A stretch of DNA of 63,295 bases, the filler included, from Diploschistes diacapsis (lineage: Eukaryota): the NCBI GenBank assembly GCA_023645945.1. It is 22 parts of 22 records of this genome, joined end to end, with 100 filler letters (N's around TTAATTAATTAA, not from the genome) between each part and the next. Parts side by side here need not be neighbours in the genome. Positions count along the whole stretch, not along the records: positions 48,495 to 49,638 come from JALAIB010003820.1; positions 49,739 to 50,882 come from JALAIB010003821.1; positions 50,983 to 52,125 come from JALAIB010003822.1; positions 52,226 to 53,368 come from JALAIB010003823.1; positions 53,469 to 54,611 come from JALAIB010003824.1; positions 54,712 to 55,853 come from JALAIB010003825.1; positions 55,954 to 57,095 come from JALAIB010003826.1; positions 57,196 to 58,336 come from JALAIB010003827.1; 14 more parts are not named here. The stretch is one strand, 5' to 3'. Below, one piece after another: positions 49,424 through 61,605 of this stretch. The position numbers and the translations under genes were made by a program. The notes below the pieces were generated by a model that saw nothing but the letters and a program-made list of their open reading frames with translations, was not told where the DNA came from and made no database searches. Position 1 is the stretch's first letter, and each line of letters begins with the position of its first letter.

Positions 49424-50530
49424 TGTTATGATCTCTATCTATACAAGGTATACACGAGTAGGATCAAGGTGGGTTTAGTCTCTGTTAGAAAAAGAGTATG
49501 GCAGGAGAAGAAGATAGAGCAGTTATAGGTCTTAGATTATCTTTAAAAAGAAGGTTCTCTAAGTAATAAAAATAACGAATATAAATTAATCCCGAGTAAT
49601 CGTTAAGGATATTTATAAAAATAAACACGTCTTCTTCCNNNNNNNNNNNNNNNNNNNNNNNNNNNNNNNNNNNNNNNNNNNNTTAATTAATTAANNNNNN
49701 NNNNNNNNNNNNNNNNNNNNNNNNNNNNNNNNNNNNNNTGCCCTCCTCCCACCTAGATAGTTTCTTCTTCAGCTTTTCGAATCGAGACCTTTTACCTGCA
49801 GATGCCCAGCTACACCTAATCCTTCCGGATCAGGCCCAGCCCCCGGTGGAGTAGCATCCTTTCCTGCGCTGGCGTTTCATTCTTGAAATAATAACTCGAG
49901 CTAAATCGAGTCGAATAATTTCGAAATAACTTACAACGCGTAAAAAACGTCGTCGCATTTTTAAAATCGAGGAAGATAAAAAGAAAGAAGATAGATTCGA
50001 TTTAGATCGATTAGATTCTGATTGCGACGAATAGGTTATATCTAAAAACCGTAGAATATTGGCGGTAGTGATTTGAGGTGGCCGGAATCTGAGGGTGGCC
50101 GGAATCCCCGTGAAACACGTTAACTTAATAATCGAGAATAAGTTATAATGGTTAGATTAATAAACTCGTACGGTTAAATTCTGTTTGGTAACCTAATGGA
50201 TATATTGAAGTCTAGAGGTCTTGACCTAGGAAGTAATTCTATTATATAGACTTTTATACCTTACGGGACTCGTTAAGCTTTATTGCCTATACTATTCTTG
50301 ATCGGTTTCATTAAGATTCCATCGGATTTTATAAGATTCAGCTGAATTAAAATACTAAACCTCGGTAAGTTCATCTAAACTGAACTTCCCGGGTTTTTTT
50401 AATAAAATTTCCGGAATAAATCGAGTTTACAACTATATCTTCCGTTTTATCTGCTCAATACTCCCCTATAGACGGAATCATCCAGCATATTAGCTTATTT
50501 AGATATCTTTTCGACTAAAACCGATTGTCC

Positions 50531-50845
50531 TGAGACAGATCAGCCCAGGCGCCTGCCAAGCCACCGGGATCATGTGACGACAGGGTCACATGACGGCAGG
50601 GTCACATAACAGGTGCCAACCGTGCCAAGGATGTCAGGGGGTGGCTATGTAGGCGGGTAGGACCCGAACCCCGTAAGATTAGTATTTACATATTATTTAT
50701 TCCTGATATCCTCTTATCTAAATAATTTCTTCTCTAATTTTTCGAATCGAGATCTTTTATCTACAAATATTTAATTATACGTAATCCTTCCGGATCAAAC
50801 CCAGCCCCCGATAATATAATATTCTATTTTTACGCTAGCGTTTCA
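50531..50845. mobile_element. ~300-bp solo LTR
   Basis: TGAGACAG...GTTTCA; inverted copy at 51465-51761 and partial copy at 49739-49878. Confidence 0.7.
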
Positions 50846-51464
50846 CATTCGAAAAGCTCACTTTATTTTCGCACTCGTGACGNNNNNNNNNNNNNNNNNN
50901 NNNNNNNNNNNNNNNNNNNNNNNNNNTTAATTAATTAANNNNNNNNNNNNNNNNNNNNNNNNNNNNNNNNNNNNNNNNNNNNATAATATTTCGATAAATT
51001 TATTATAGTATAATATCCGTGGAAGTGTTCGTGTTTTAAAATTTTTAGCCGTAATGTCTGTGTCCGTGCTTTTATTATAATATAATATCTATGAAAGTAT
51101 CCGTGTTTTAAAATTTTTAGCTGTAATATCCGTGTCCGTATTTTTACTCCAGTATAGTGTCCGTGGAAGTGTCCGTGCCGAGAAAATTTTCGCGGTAGTG
51201 TCCGTGTCAGTGACCGTGGCACGCAACGGCCAGCCTAATTCGAACTTATACGCATATATCTTAAAAATAAAGAGGTGGACTACGTCCTTAATAATTAGCC
51301 ATTATCGCCTACTATAGTTACCTTAGATAACTTTATATCATTTATTTTTACCGGTTTAGGTTTAGTTTTAAATAAAATACTTGAATAATGGAAGAAAGAT
51401 TAATCTAAAGTAAACTACCAGATTATGATCTGTAAAGGAGAGATCGATTAAGAACGTCTTCGTG

Positions 51465-51761
51465 TGAAACGCCAGCGCAGGAATGGGATACTACACGACC
51501 GGGGGCTGGGCCTGATCCGGAAGGATTACGTGTAGCTGGGCATCTGCAGGTAAAAGATCTCGATTCGAAAAGCTAGAAAGGAAACTATCTAAATAAGAAG
51601 ATAGCAGGAATAAATAATATATAAATACCAGCCTTACGGGATTCGGGTTCTACCCGCCTACACAACCACCCCCTAACATCCTTGGCACGGTTGGTACCCG
51701 TCATGTGACCCTGCCGTCATGTGACCCGGGTGGCTTGGCACGCCTGGGCTGATCTGTCTCA
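51465..51761. mobile_element. 297-bp solo LTR with 5-bp TSD
   Basis: TG...CA termini flanked by TCGTG on both sides. Confidence 0.8.
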
Positions 51762-52407
51762 TCGTGGTTTATCTACTACGAAAGCTAGATGGGATTCTCT
51801 GCAGGCAAAATATTAGGCGATTACTGAACCTGAACGTTACTAACTGAACCTTGAGTTCGCCAACTATAAACTCAAAAAAGGCACGACTATTCAGGAAGTA
51901 TGAATATACTTAATAAAACTTTCAAAAAAACTATCGTATAGACGAACCGAATACGCCCTAAAAATTCTTTTTTAATAATTATTTATAGTATTGCCGCCTG
52001 ATTACGGAATCATTATCGACGTTATTAACATATAAATCGATAATGTTTTATCCGTTAATATCGATTTCGATAGATGGTTTAATAGGTTAACCGATAAATA
52101 AAAGAAATTAATAATAAAAGTTATANNNNNNNNNNNNNNNNNNNNNNNNNNNNNNNNNNNNNNNNNNNNTTAATTAATTAANNNNNNNNNNNNNNNNNNN
52201 NNNNNNNNNNNNNNNNNNNNNNNNNACGTTAAATAATCCTTTAACTCGTACGCGCGTTTTTTTAACTCCTCTTCGTTTATTAAGTGCCTTATTCGCCGTA
52301 CGAAATATCTTGATCTCGATTTTAAGAATTATTATTCAAGTATAATCGTCCGCGTAAATAATCTAAATAATAAAAATCTATCTTTAATTACCGGGCTGCT
52401 TCGTACG

Positions 52408-52744
52408 TGTAAAGGCTAATACTACAGTTTGACAATAAGGCAGATAAGTGGCTATTCGGTGGCTAGATCTCTGCTAAGCGATAGATGTATTGATAAAATA
52501 ACTTCTAAAGAACTATCTCTATCTACGAAAACTCTACTCTTATACAAGAGCATGCTAGCGGGCCTTAATATATACTTAACATACCCTTTAATAACTCTTA
52601 TTGGGTTTTACGTATTATAATTACCTTCTCCTTTCCTAAGCTCTATCCTTAGAACGTTTAATCATCGTAACGTACCTTCATTATTAATTATACGATAACA
52701 GATTTCTAATATATCGTCAATCTTCTATTTTTAATAATATTAAT
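52408..52744. repeat. LTR-like repeat (TGTAAAGG..)
   Basis: Inverted copy at ~54910-55234. Confidence 0.5.
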
Positions 52745-53288
52745 TAGGCTGGCCGTTTCGTGCCACGGTCACTGACACGGATACTGTAACAAAAAATTTT
52801 AAAACACGGATACTAACACGGACATTATAATTAAAATTTTAAAACACGGATACTAATACGGATACTATATTTCCGTAAATCCATAAACACGGACACCGTA
52901 ATTAAAAAAGTTAAAATACGGATATTAATACGGATATTATATTTCGGTAAATCCATTAATACGGACATTATATTGTAGTGAAAGCACGGAAACACTTTTT
53001 TTTTTAATATTTTTAAAATTATCACGTTTATTTCTCACGTTTTTATTTAAAAAAATTTTAAAACACGGACACGGACACGGATACCGTAATTAAAATTTTT
53101 AAATTCAGATATTAATACGGACATTATATTTCTATAAATCCACGGACACGGACACCGCAATTAAAAAATCTAAAACACGGATATTAACACGGATACTACA
53201 TTTCCGTGAATCCACGAACACGGACACCGCAGCAAAAAAATCTAAACTACGGACACTGACACTATCAGTATCAGTAACGGCCAGCCTA
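52745..53288. mobile_element. Complete 544-bp hAT-like MITE
   Basis: 13-bp TIR TAGGCTGGCCGTT at both ends; interior built from ACACGGACAC-type repeats; no coding capacity. Confidence 0.75.
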
Positions 53289-55953
53289 ACTTAAATCCTC
53301 TTATATTTAAAAAAACGATATTAATACGATAAATTATACGTTTTATATAAATCGGCTTTCCTGTATCGNNNNNNNNNNNNNNNNNNNNNNNNNNNNNNNN
53401 NNNNNNNNNNNNTTAATTAATTAANNNNNNNNNNNNNNNNNNNNNNNNNNNNNNNNNNNNNNNNNNNNTAAACAATATTTTTAAGAAATGTTTAAAAAGG
53501 TTATATTTATGAATTTAAATTATTAATATTATTTTTAATTATTTTCGTACCGAAATCTAACGATAAAAAAATAGATTTTTCGATTCTATATCGACTTTTA
53601 AAAGCTTAAGGTTATTATCGTAAAGAATCGTTATCCTATATCGAACATTTAAGAGTTGCGAGATCGATTATATAACGTATTATGGTACACGAAATTAGAT
53701 TAACGAATAGGTTTTAATCTTATAAAGATAAAAGAGGGCGAAGAATGGAAGATAATATTTAGAATACGTTACGAGTTATTCGAATATTTAATAATGTTTT
53801 TTAAACTTATTAACGTATTAATTATCGAATAGGAGCTTATAAACGATATATTATAAACACAAGGCGCGCTGTCTAGGGAGACTTCCCTTGCTGTAGTAGG
53901 TAGGTAGTCGTAGGTGGTGTAGTAGGTGAATGTAGTGTGATCTCGTAATCAACAGCATACCTAAATAAGACATTTGTGAGATATAGGATGCATTAATTGT
54001 CTAGAATTACCTAATAGGCCTTCTTAAATGGAGCTGCCCTATAAGGACTATTTTTATCAAGTCTACCGCTTATTTTTATATTTATATACGATCTTTTTTT
54101 TAATAATTCGCTGTCTTATAACGAACTTTATATAAATCTTTTTAATAAGAAATTTTCATTTCGTTATCTATATCTTAATATAACCCTATACCTTTTAAAT
54201 AACCGAAATATCGAATAATTTATTATTTTTAATATTTCTTTTTCGACGTAATTATATTTTTAAATCTATTTCTTTATATTTTATTCTCTTAAACATGGTA
54301 GGACAAAAGAACGATAATTATTTAAAAACATCCCTAACTTCCACCGTATTTATACCATCCGTACATACCTTTTTAAAGACATCCTTATCTTCTGTAATAT
54401 TTATACCATCCGTCATTATTCCGTCAGGCAGATACAACCAGCAGCACGTCCTTCCCGTTCTTTACTTCCATCTCTTCCCTCGCTACACCTCTCGAGCAAA
54501 CAGTAGCAAACAAGCAAGCAGATAAATAGATTAATATACAAACCATAAACAAGTAAGAAAGTATCAAGCAGAAAAATCAATCATATAAAAAATCTATTAA
54601 TAAAATAATATNNNNNNNNNNNNNNNNNNNNNNNNNNNNNNNNNNNNNNNNNNNNTTAATTAATTAANNNNNNNNNNNNNNNNNNNNNNNNNNNNNNNNN
54701 NNNNNNNNNNNATAATAAAGATTCAATAAGAATAAAATAAATAATTAACGAAAATAAGAATAAAGAAAGAAAAAGAAAGATAAATAAAATAAAGTATTTA
54801 TATTAAAATTATTTTAATAATAATCAATAATAATAATATATTAAAGTATTAACGATTCGTTGTCGACGCGTTAGTTAAAAATTAATAAATATTAAATAGA
54901 ATTATGTATTAATAATTAATATTATTAAAATATAGAAGATTAACGATACGTTAATTAATAATAAAGACACGTTACGATAATTAAACGTTCTAAGGGTAAA
55001 GCTTAAAAAAGGAAAGGGTAATTATAATACGTAGAATCTAATAAGGGCTATTAAGAGGTATGTTAAACATACTCCAAAACCCGCTAGCGTGTTCTTATAT
55101 AAGAACAAAATTTTCGCAGACAGAAATAGTTCTTCAGAAGTTATTTCATTAATACATCTATCGTCTAGCAGAGGTCTAGCCATCGAATAGCCACTTATCT
55201 GCCTTATTGTCACACTGTAGTATTAACCTTTACAGAAATAAACCCTCGAAATTTTAGTTTAAAACATTCTAACAATATGTTTTATATTACTTTTTTTTCT
55301 CTTATCTTTAAAGTAATTCTGTTTTTTATTAAACTTGCTTTTATTTCGTAGATATGACTTTAGTCTTATATTTCTAGTAGTTTTACTTTCATAACATTAA
55401 CGTACTTTGTTTCGAACTCGAGGATTCGGTTTGTTAAGTGTTTTTATAATTTCGTTTTATGATTCATATGTCGTCGGTAATATTATATCCTAATTATCGA
55501 ATCAAGTATTGCGTATTTTATTTACGTCCTTTACGTATACGACGTTTAATTAATAATCGTTTTATCTCGTACTTCTCGTCGATTTTTATCGTTATAAGTG
55601 GCGGCGGTAAGGATCGTCGGCGGTAAGGGTCGTTAACTAGGTCTGGTATCGGTTCGAGGTATATAATATTAATAATATCGTAAATATAATAGTAATCCGG
55701 TAGTTATAATTTGTAAATTAATTTATCAATGCGTTCTAAGATCTTAAAAGGTCTAGTAAACTAAACGGAAAGCTTGACATTGATTACTATAAATAACTTA
55801 TATTTCCGATATAGATATAACATCGCAAAGTCTTTAACTTTTATGAAACAGATNNNNNNNNNNNNNNNNNNNNNNNNNNNNNNNNNNNNNNNNNNNNTTA
55901 ATTAATTAANNNNNNNNNNNNNNNNNNNNNNNNNNNNNNNNNNNNNNNNNNNN

Positions 55954-56625
55954 CCCAGCCGCACCTGGGGCTAACCGCATGTTCCATGTGACGTCAACCC
56001 CGCAGGGTCGCACGCTCATAACTGTAACAGCGGGGGTAGTGCCTAATAGGGTAGCGCTATCCCACTGAGCCAAAAGACTAACACAATGCTTTCAAGAACC
56101 CCGAAACACTGTTTCCCTATTACACTATATATAGGTGCGTGGCTGTGGCAGTAGGGGGACCTGAACCCCAGGGCGCACCTTTGGGCGTTACAGCTATCTC
56201 CCCTCCCCATAATGCTGGCCCCCCAGCACTTGCCACGTCTCATATAGCGCCCCGGGTATATTGGATACTCTAAGCCGTTTCTAACACCTACGTCATGGAC
56301 TTAGAGGCGGGGTTACCCAGCCGCACCTGGGGCTAACCGCATGTTTTCATATAACGTCAACCCCGTAGGGTCGTACGCTCAACCGTAGCGTAACAAACTC
56401 GACGCACTACCTACGCTCGTGCTCGAACTAACGACCTGGGGAATGAAAGCATAACTGTAACAACGGGGGTAGTGTCTAATAGGGTAACGCTATCCTACTG
56501 AGTTAAAAGACTAACACAATGCTTTCAGGAACCCCGAAGCACTGTTTCCCTATTACACTATATGTAGGTACGTGGCTGTGGCAGCAGGGGGACCTGAACC
56601 CCAGGGCGCACCTTTGGGCGTTACA
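55954..56625 (-). mobile_element. TRIM-like mini LTR retroelement
   Basis: Two direct repeats starting TGTAACGCCCAAAGG (at 56625 and 56191) separated by ~100 bp that end in the purine tract GGGGAGGGGAGATAGC. Another copy of the LTR starts at ~61837. Confidence 0.6.
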
Positions 56626-57881
56626 ATATTAATACGATAAATTATACGTTTTATATAAATTAGTTTTTCTGTATCGCCTACGTTAATAATAGAAATAACC
56701 GAAAAGATTCGACGCGAAAAAAATCGATTCGGTTCGAATTTAAAAATCACGATCGCGAATTATTAATTTATCGATAAAAATTATATATCGCGATTTCGTA
56801 ATCGATTTCTTAAAATTATTAATATTTAAACGAGATAGATCGAGTCGAATAAATTTAATACGATAAGTTACGAAGTTATATAACGGTGGTTCGATATAAT
56901 AATAATTTAATATAATAAAGAATAATACGCGCCCGAATACATTTATAATATAAACATTAAAATTTAATATTAATAATAATTCTTTTTTTAAAACCTTCGT
57001 TTTAACTCGAATAAACTCGAATTAAAAGATTATTAAAGAAAAACAAAAATAAATAATTATAATCGAATATATTTTAATTATTAGCGGGATATTACNNNNN
57101 NNNNNNNNNNNNNNNNNNNNNNNNNNNNNNNNNNNNNNNTTAATTAATTAANNNNNNNNNNNNNNNNNNNNNNNNNNNNNNNNNNNNNNNNNNNNCTTTT
57201 TATATATGATAGTTAATTGATTGAAAAGTAATGTTTCGAAAAATAAATAAAAATAACGATTAATTTCGAAGAATTATAGAAGATTTAAACTATTTCTTGG
57301 CAAAAGTGGCCGGAATCTGGGGGTGGCCGGAATCCCCGTGAAACACGTTAATTTAACTAACGTATATGCATAGCGAGCGGACACTCATAGCGAGCGGACA
57401 CCCTTCTCGATTCGTACGAGTTGCAACTATATTTACGCAATTAATTCTTACGATAATTTATTATATTAATTATTAATATTTTCTTTAAAAGCTATAAATT
57501 TTATTTTATAAGTTCGCGTATTATACCCGGACTAATTATATTTGTTATAACGTCGTATGCGTAATCCGATTCTCTTCGTACGATTTTTATTTTAGATATA
57601 TCAGTTTTTTCTATACAAATTTCGACCTTTGAAGACTGTAATACGATTACTTCTAATACGTTAAATGATCTTTCAGCTCGTACGCGCGTTTTTTAGCCTT
57701 TCTTCGTTTATTAAGTGCCTTATTCGCCGTACGAAGTATCTTGATCTCGATTTTAAGAATTATTATTCAGCGTATAATTGTCACGGGACCGGCATGTGGT
57801 CCTGATAGGATTAGATAGGCTTGGCGTTGCTTGGGCCAAGAGGCCATAGTCTTTTGAAGGGGCCCATCCTTTTCTATCAAT

Positions 57882-58335
57882 TGTTACGATCCAAGGTACT
57901 AGGCGGTAGTACTTGGCACGCAACAGCTAGTCGGGCACTTCCTAATTATTCCTTATATATAGTCCAATCAGGGTGACAGGGGTCACGTGACGAATAGAAG
58001 GTCTAGAAGACCATTCTATTTAGTCGTAAATAGAAAGAAAGAACGGTAATTTTATTTATTTATTTATTTATTTTATTAAGGGAGTTGTTGGTTATATAAG
58101 AACGTCGTTATAGCCTTTATGAATTTAGGGCGTGTTTATTTTTATAAATATCTTAAGTTATTGTTCGGGATTAATTTATATTCGTTACTTTTATTATCTT
58201 AGAGCCTTTTTTTTAGAAACAGTCTAAAACCTATAACTATTTTATCTTCTTCTCCTACCATACTCCTCTTCTAACAGAGACCAAACCCACCTTGATCCTA
58301 CTCGTGTATACCTTGTATAGATAGAGATCATAACA
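57882..58335. mobile_element. 454-bp LTR of the 48629 family, opposite orientation
   Basis: TGTTACGATCC...GAGATCATAACA termini. Confidence 0.75.
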
Positions 58336-59676
58336 CNNNNNNNNNNNNNNNNNNNNNNNNNNNNNNNNNNNNNNNNNNNNTTAATTAATTAANNNNNNNN
58401 NNNNNNNNNNNNNNNNNNNNNNNNNNNNNNNNNNNNGAAAATGATTATAAGCGGTAATATTTCGCCAGTAATTGAAATGTATTCGATCGTAGTTACTCAT
58501 TCTTGTTTTTTTTTAATAATTTTTTAATTCGAGTCTGTTCGACTCGAAACGAAAGTTTTAAAAAAAAATTATTATTAATATTAAAATTTAACTCGTTTAT
58601 ATTATAGATGTATTCGGGCGCGTATTGTCCCTTATTATATTAAACTATTACTGTATTGAACTACCGTTGTATAGCCTCGTAACTTGTCGTATTAAATTTA
58701 TTCGACTCGATCTATCTCGTCCAGATATTAGTAATTTTAGGAAATCGTTTACGAAATCGCGATATCTAATTTTTGCCGATAAATTAAAGATTCGCGATTA
58801 TAACTTCTAGATTCGAACTGAATCGAATTCTTTCGCGTCGAATCTTTTCGGCTATTTCTATTATTAACGTAAGCGATGCAGGAAAGCCAGTTTATATAAG
58901 ACGTGTAATCCATCGTACTAATGTTTTTTCTTTAGGATTTAAAAGGATTTAACTCGATTCGTGATTATTAGAACGTGATTATACTCTAGTAAATCGACGC
59001 ATGATGGTTGAACGAGGAACTTTAAATGCGCGAGCAGTTTCTTGAACGTTAATATATTATTAAGAATTTAGGACCTATAAACAGTCGTTGATATTAGATT
59101 TTATTAGAATCGAATTATTACGATGCGAGGTAGTCATTATTAAAAAAATCGAAGAAAAAGATGAAAGTTGTAATGAGAGGTGGCCCATTTCTGGGGGTGG
59201 CCCGGTTCCCCGTCAAACACGTTATATTAATACGCGGTCACGCATAAATCCTACGGCGAAGATTATTCGTTTTCTTTAATCGTTTATGATATGCGAATTT
59301 TAATAGAAGTATATTAAAAATTAAAGTATTTAATACTTTAGTTTCTTTCGATCTCCGTAAAACGTTATTAACTTTATAACTTTTATAATAGGTTTTTTAT
59401 ACGATTTATTTTTATTAAATTTATCATTATTTCCAGGATCGTCGTTTTTAGCTTCCGTTGTGTCTTTTATACGAATATCAGTTTTATTTAACGGCGTTGC
59501 TACCTTAGGTACGCGAGGTATTACGGATTTAGCCATCGGTAACGATCGTCCGGTTATGTTATTAATAATATTTATTNNNNNNNNNNNNNNNNNNNNNNNN
59601 NNNNNNNNNNNNNNNNNNNNTTAATTAATTAANNNNNNNNNNNNNNNNNNNNNNNNNNNNNNNNNNNNNNNNNNNN

Positions 59677-60570
59677 GTATATAATTAATCCATATATCTA
59701 TCATTTATATACCTTAAAGAAACTATTTCGTTATATTCGGAAGACAAAAGATATTAAATTTTAATTTAATTTTAAATCTAAACTTTCGAAATTACGGAGA
59801 TACTTCAATATAAATTATAAAAGAGATAAGTTAAATCGAAAGTTTACGTATAGACATATCTTTTAGTTATGCGGTGGATTAAAATCCTAAATAAATAAGA
59901 AATAGAACTCAGTTTTAATATTAATTATAAAAGTTAAGTATATTAGTTTATTTCACGCCGCTAAACAGGCCTTATAATATTCATAATTTTTAAAAAATAT
60001 TGATTATTTTGATCTTATCGGACCATTTTTATATACTATCAATCTATTCGGTAATAATATTGGTTCTTGAAATCTGATGAAACACGCGAGAATTAACGAT
60101 CGTTTAAAATACGTTGATATTACTTATTATCACGTACGAGATCTTATTAAGTAAGAACGCATTAGGGTGTCTTATGTTTTTATCGATAAAATGATTGTTA
60201 ACGGATTTACAAAATTACTAAATTATTCGAATCACGACGCCATTATTAAGGGACTCGGCCTAATTTAAAAGATATTTAATTAAACTGTATAGATATGCAG
60301 GACGATTCCGCCTATGGAAGAATGTTAAGTAAATGAATAGAAAGCATGGCTAAAAATTCGATTGAGTTCTAGTCGGAAGTTTAGTTTAGCTGAACTTCGA
60401 GGTTCAGTTTAATTAAACCTTTTAAAATTCTGACTAAACCGATCGGGAGTAGTGCTGGTAATAAGGCTTAGCGGATTCCGTAGGGTATAAAAGTCTGCGT
60501 ATTAGTATATCTTTATAGGATAAGACCTCTAGACTTCAATATATCCATTACGTTGCCGAACAGGACCTAA
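59677..60570 (+). mobile_element. Ty1/copia RNase H remnant and LTR, RIP-degraded
   Basis: HARINDRLKYVDITYYHVRD..NGFTKL; degraded PPT and LTR homologous to the 49330 copy. Confidence 0.75.
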
Positions 60571-60974
60571 TAATCAACGCACCTGTCCTAAGATTTTATA
60601 ATTTAGATAAATTAATACGAATCGAAATCGATATTTTAGAATTAATTATTATAGTATATTTATTATAACTTAACAATAATAATAAGTAACGGCTGATAAC
60701 CTATTATTCGAGAAAGATATTATTAATAGAAATTAATTACGATATAAGCGATTTGGAATTACTCGCTATAATCGTTATTTTAGACGAATGGTATATCTAT
60801 GTTCACGAAGTAAAAGNNNNNNNNNNNNNNNNNNNNNNNNNNNNNNNNNNNNNNNNNNNNTTAATTAATTAANNNNNNNNNNNNNNNNNNNNNNNNNNNN
60901 NNNNNNNNNNNNNNNNCTTCTAGAATCACAATTAGACCGATTTAGGAATAATATAAATAATAAAATTTAGCGTA

Positions 60975-61605
60975 TTTTATATTGGGCAACGTATGTATTG
61001 AAGTCTAAATATCTATCTCAGAGGAATAACCTACATGCAAGCCTTTATATCCATGGGATCCACTAAGCCCTATAGGCTTGCGCTACTCCCAATCCGGATT
61101 AGCAGGAACCTAAGTGGATTCAGCTGCACCTTCCAGCCATGCATTCTGCCTGCCTGCTCAACATTCCCTCACGGGCGGAAACTTCGGCATCTTCATCTAG
61201 TTTAATTAAATGCCTTCTATACTAATTTAAGTCCTTTAATGAACATGTCATGCTTGATATAATTTAGTGGCTTTATTAATCCGTTGACAATCATTTTATT
61301 AACAAATATATAGGCAATACTAATACGATCTCGCCTAATTAAGTCCCGTATATAATAATAAATAATATCGATATACTTTAATTTATCGTTAATCCTCGCG
61401 TGTTTTATTAGATTTAAGGAATCTGTTGAGCAGGCAGGCAGAATGCATGGCTGAGAGGTTCAGCTGAACCCACTTAGGTTCCTGCTAATCCGGATTGGGA
61501 GTAGCCCAAGCCCGTAGGGCTTAATGGGTCCCATAGGTATAAAGGCTTGCATATAAGTTATTCCTCTTAGATAGATCTTTAAACTTAATACATAGGTTAC
61601 ACAAA
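60975..61605. mobile_element. Ty1/copia RNase H plus LTR (minus strand), interrupted by an oppositely oriented LTR of the same family at 61424
   Basis: Reverse complement of the 49085-49400 region; TGTTGAGCAGGCAGGCAGAATGCATGGCTG occurs on both strands (61163 minus, 61424 plus). Confidence 0.75.

Noticed and set aside
41027..53288. CRISPR-like repeat arrays
   Set aside because: Eukaryotic context, degenerate units, no unique spacers, no cas genes.
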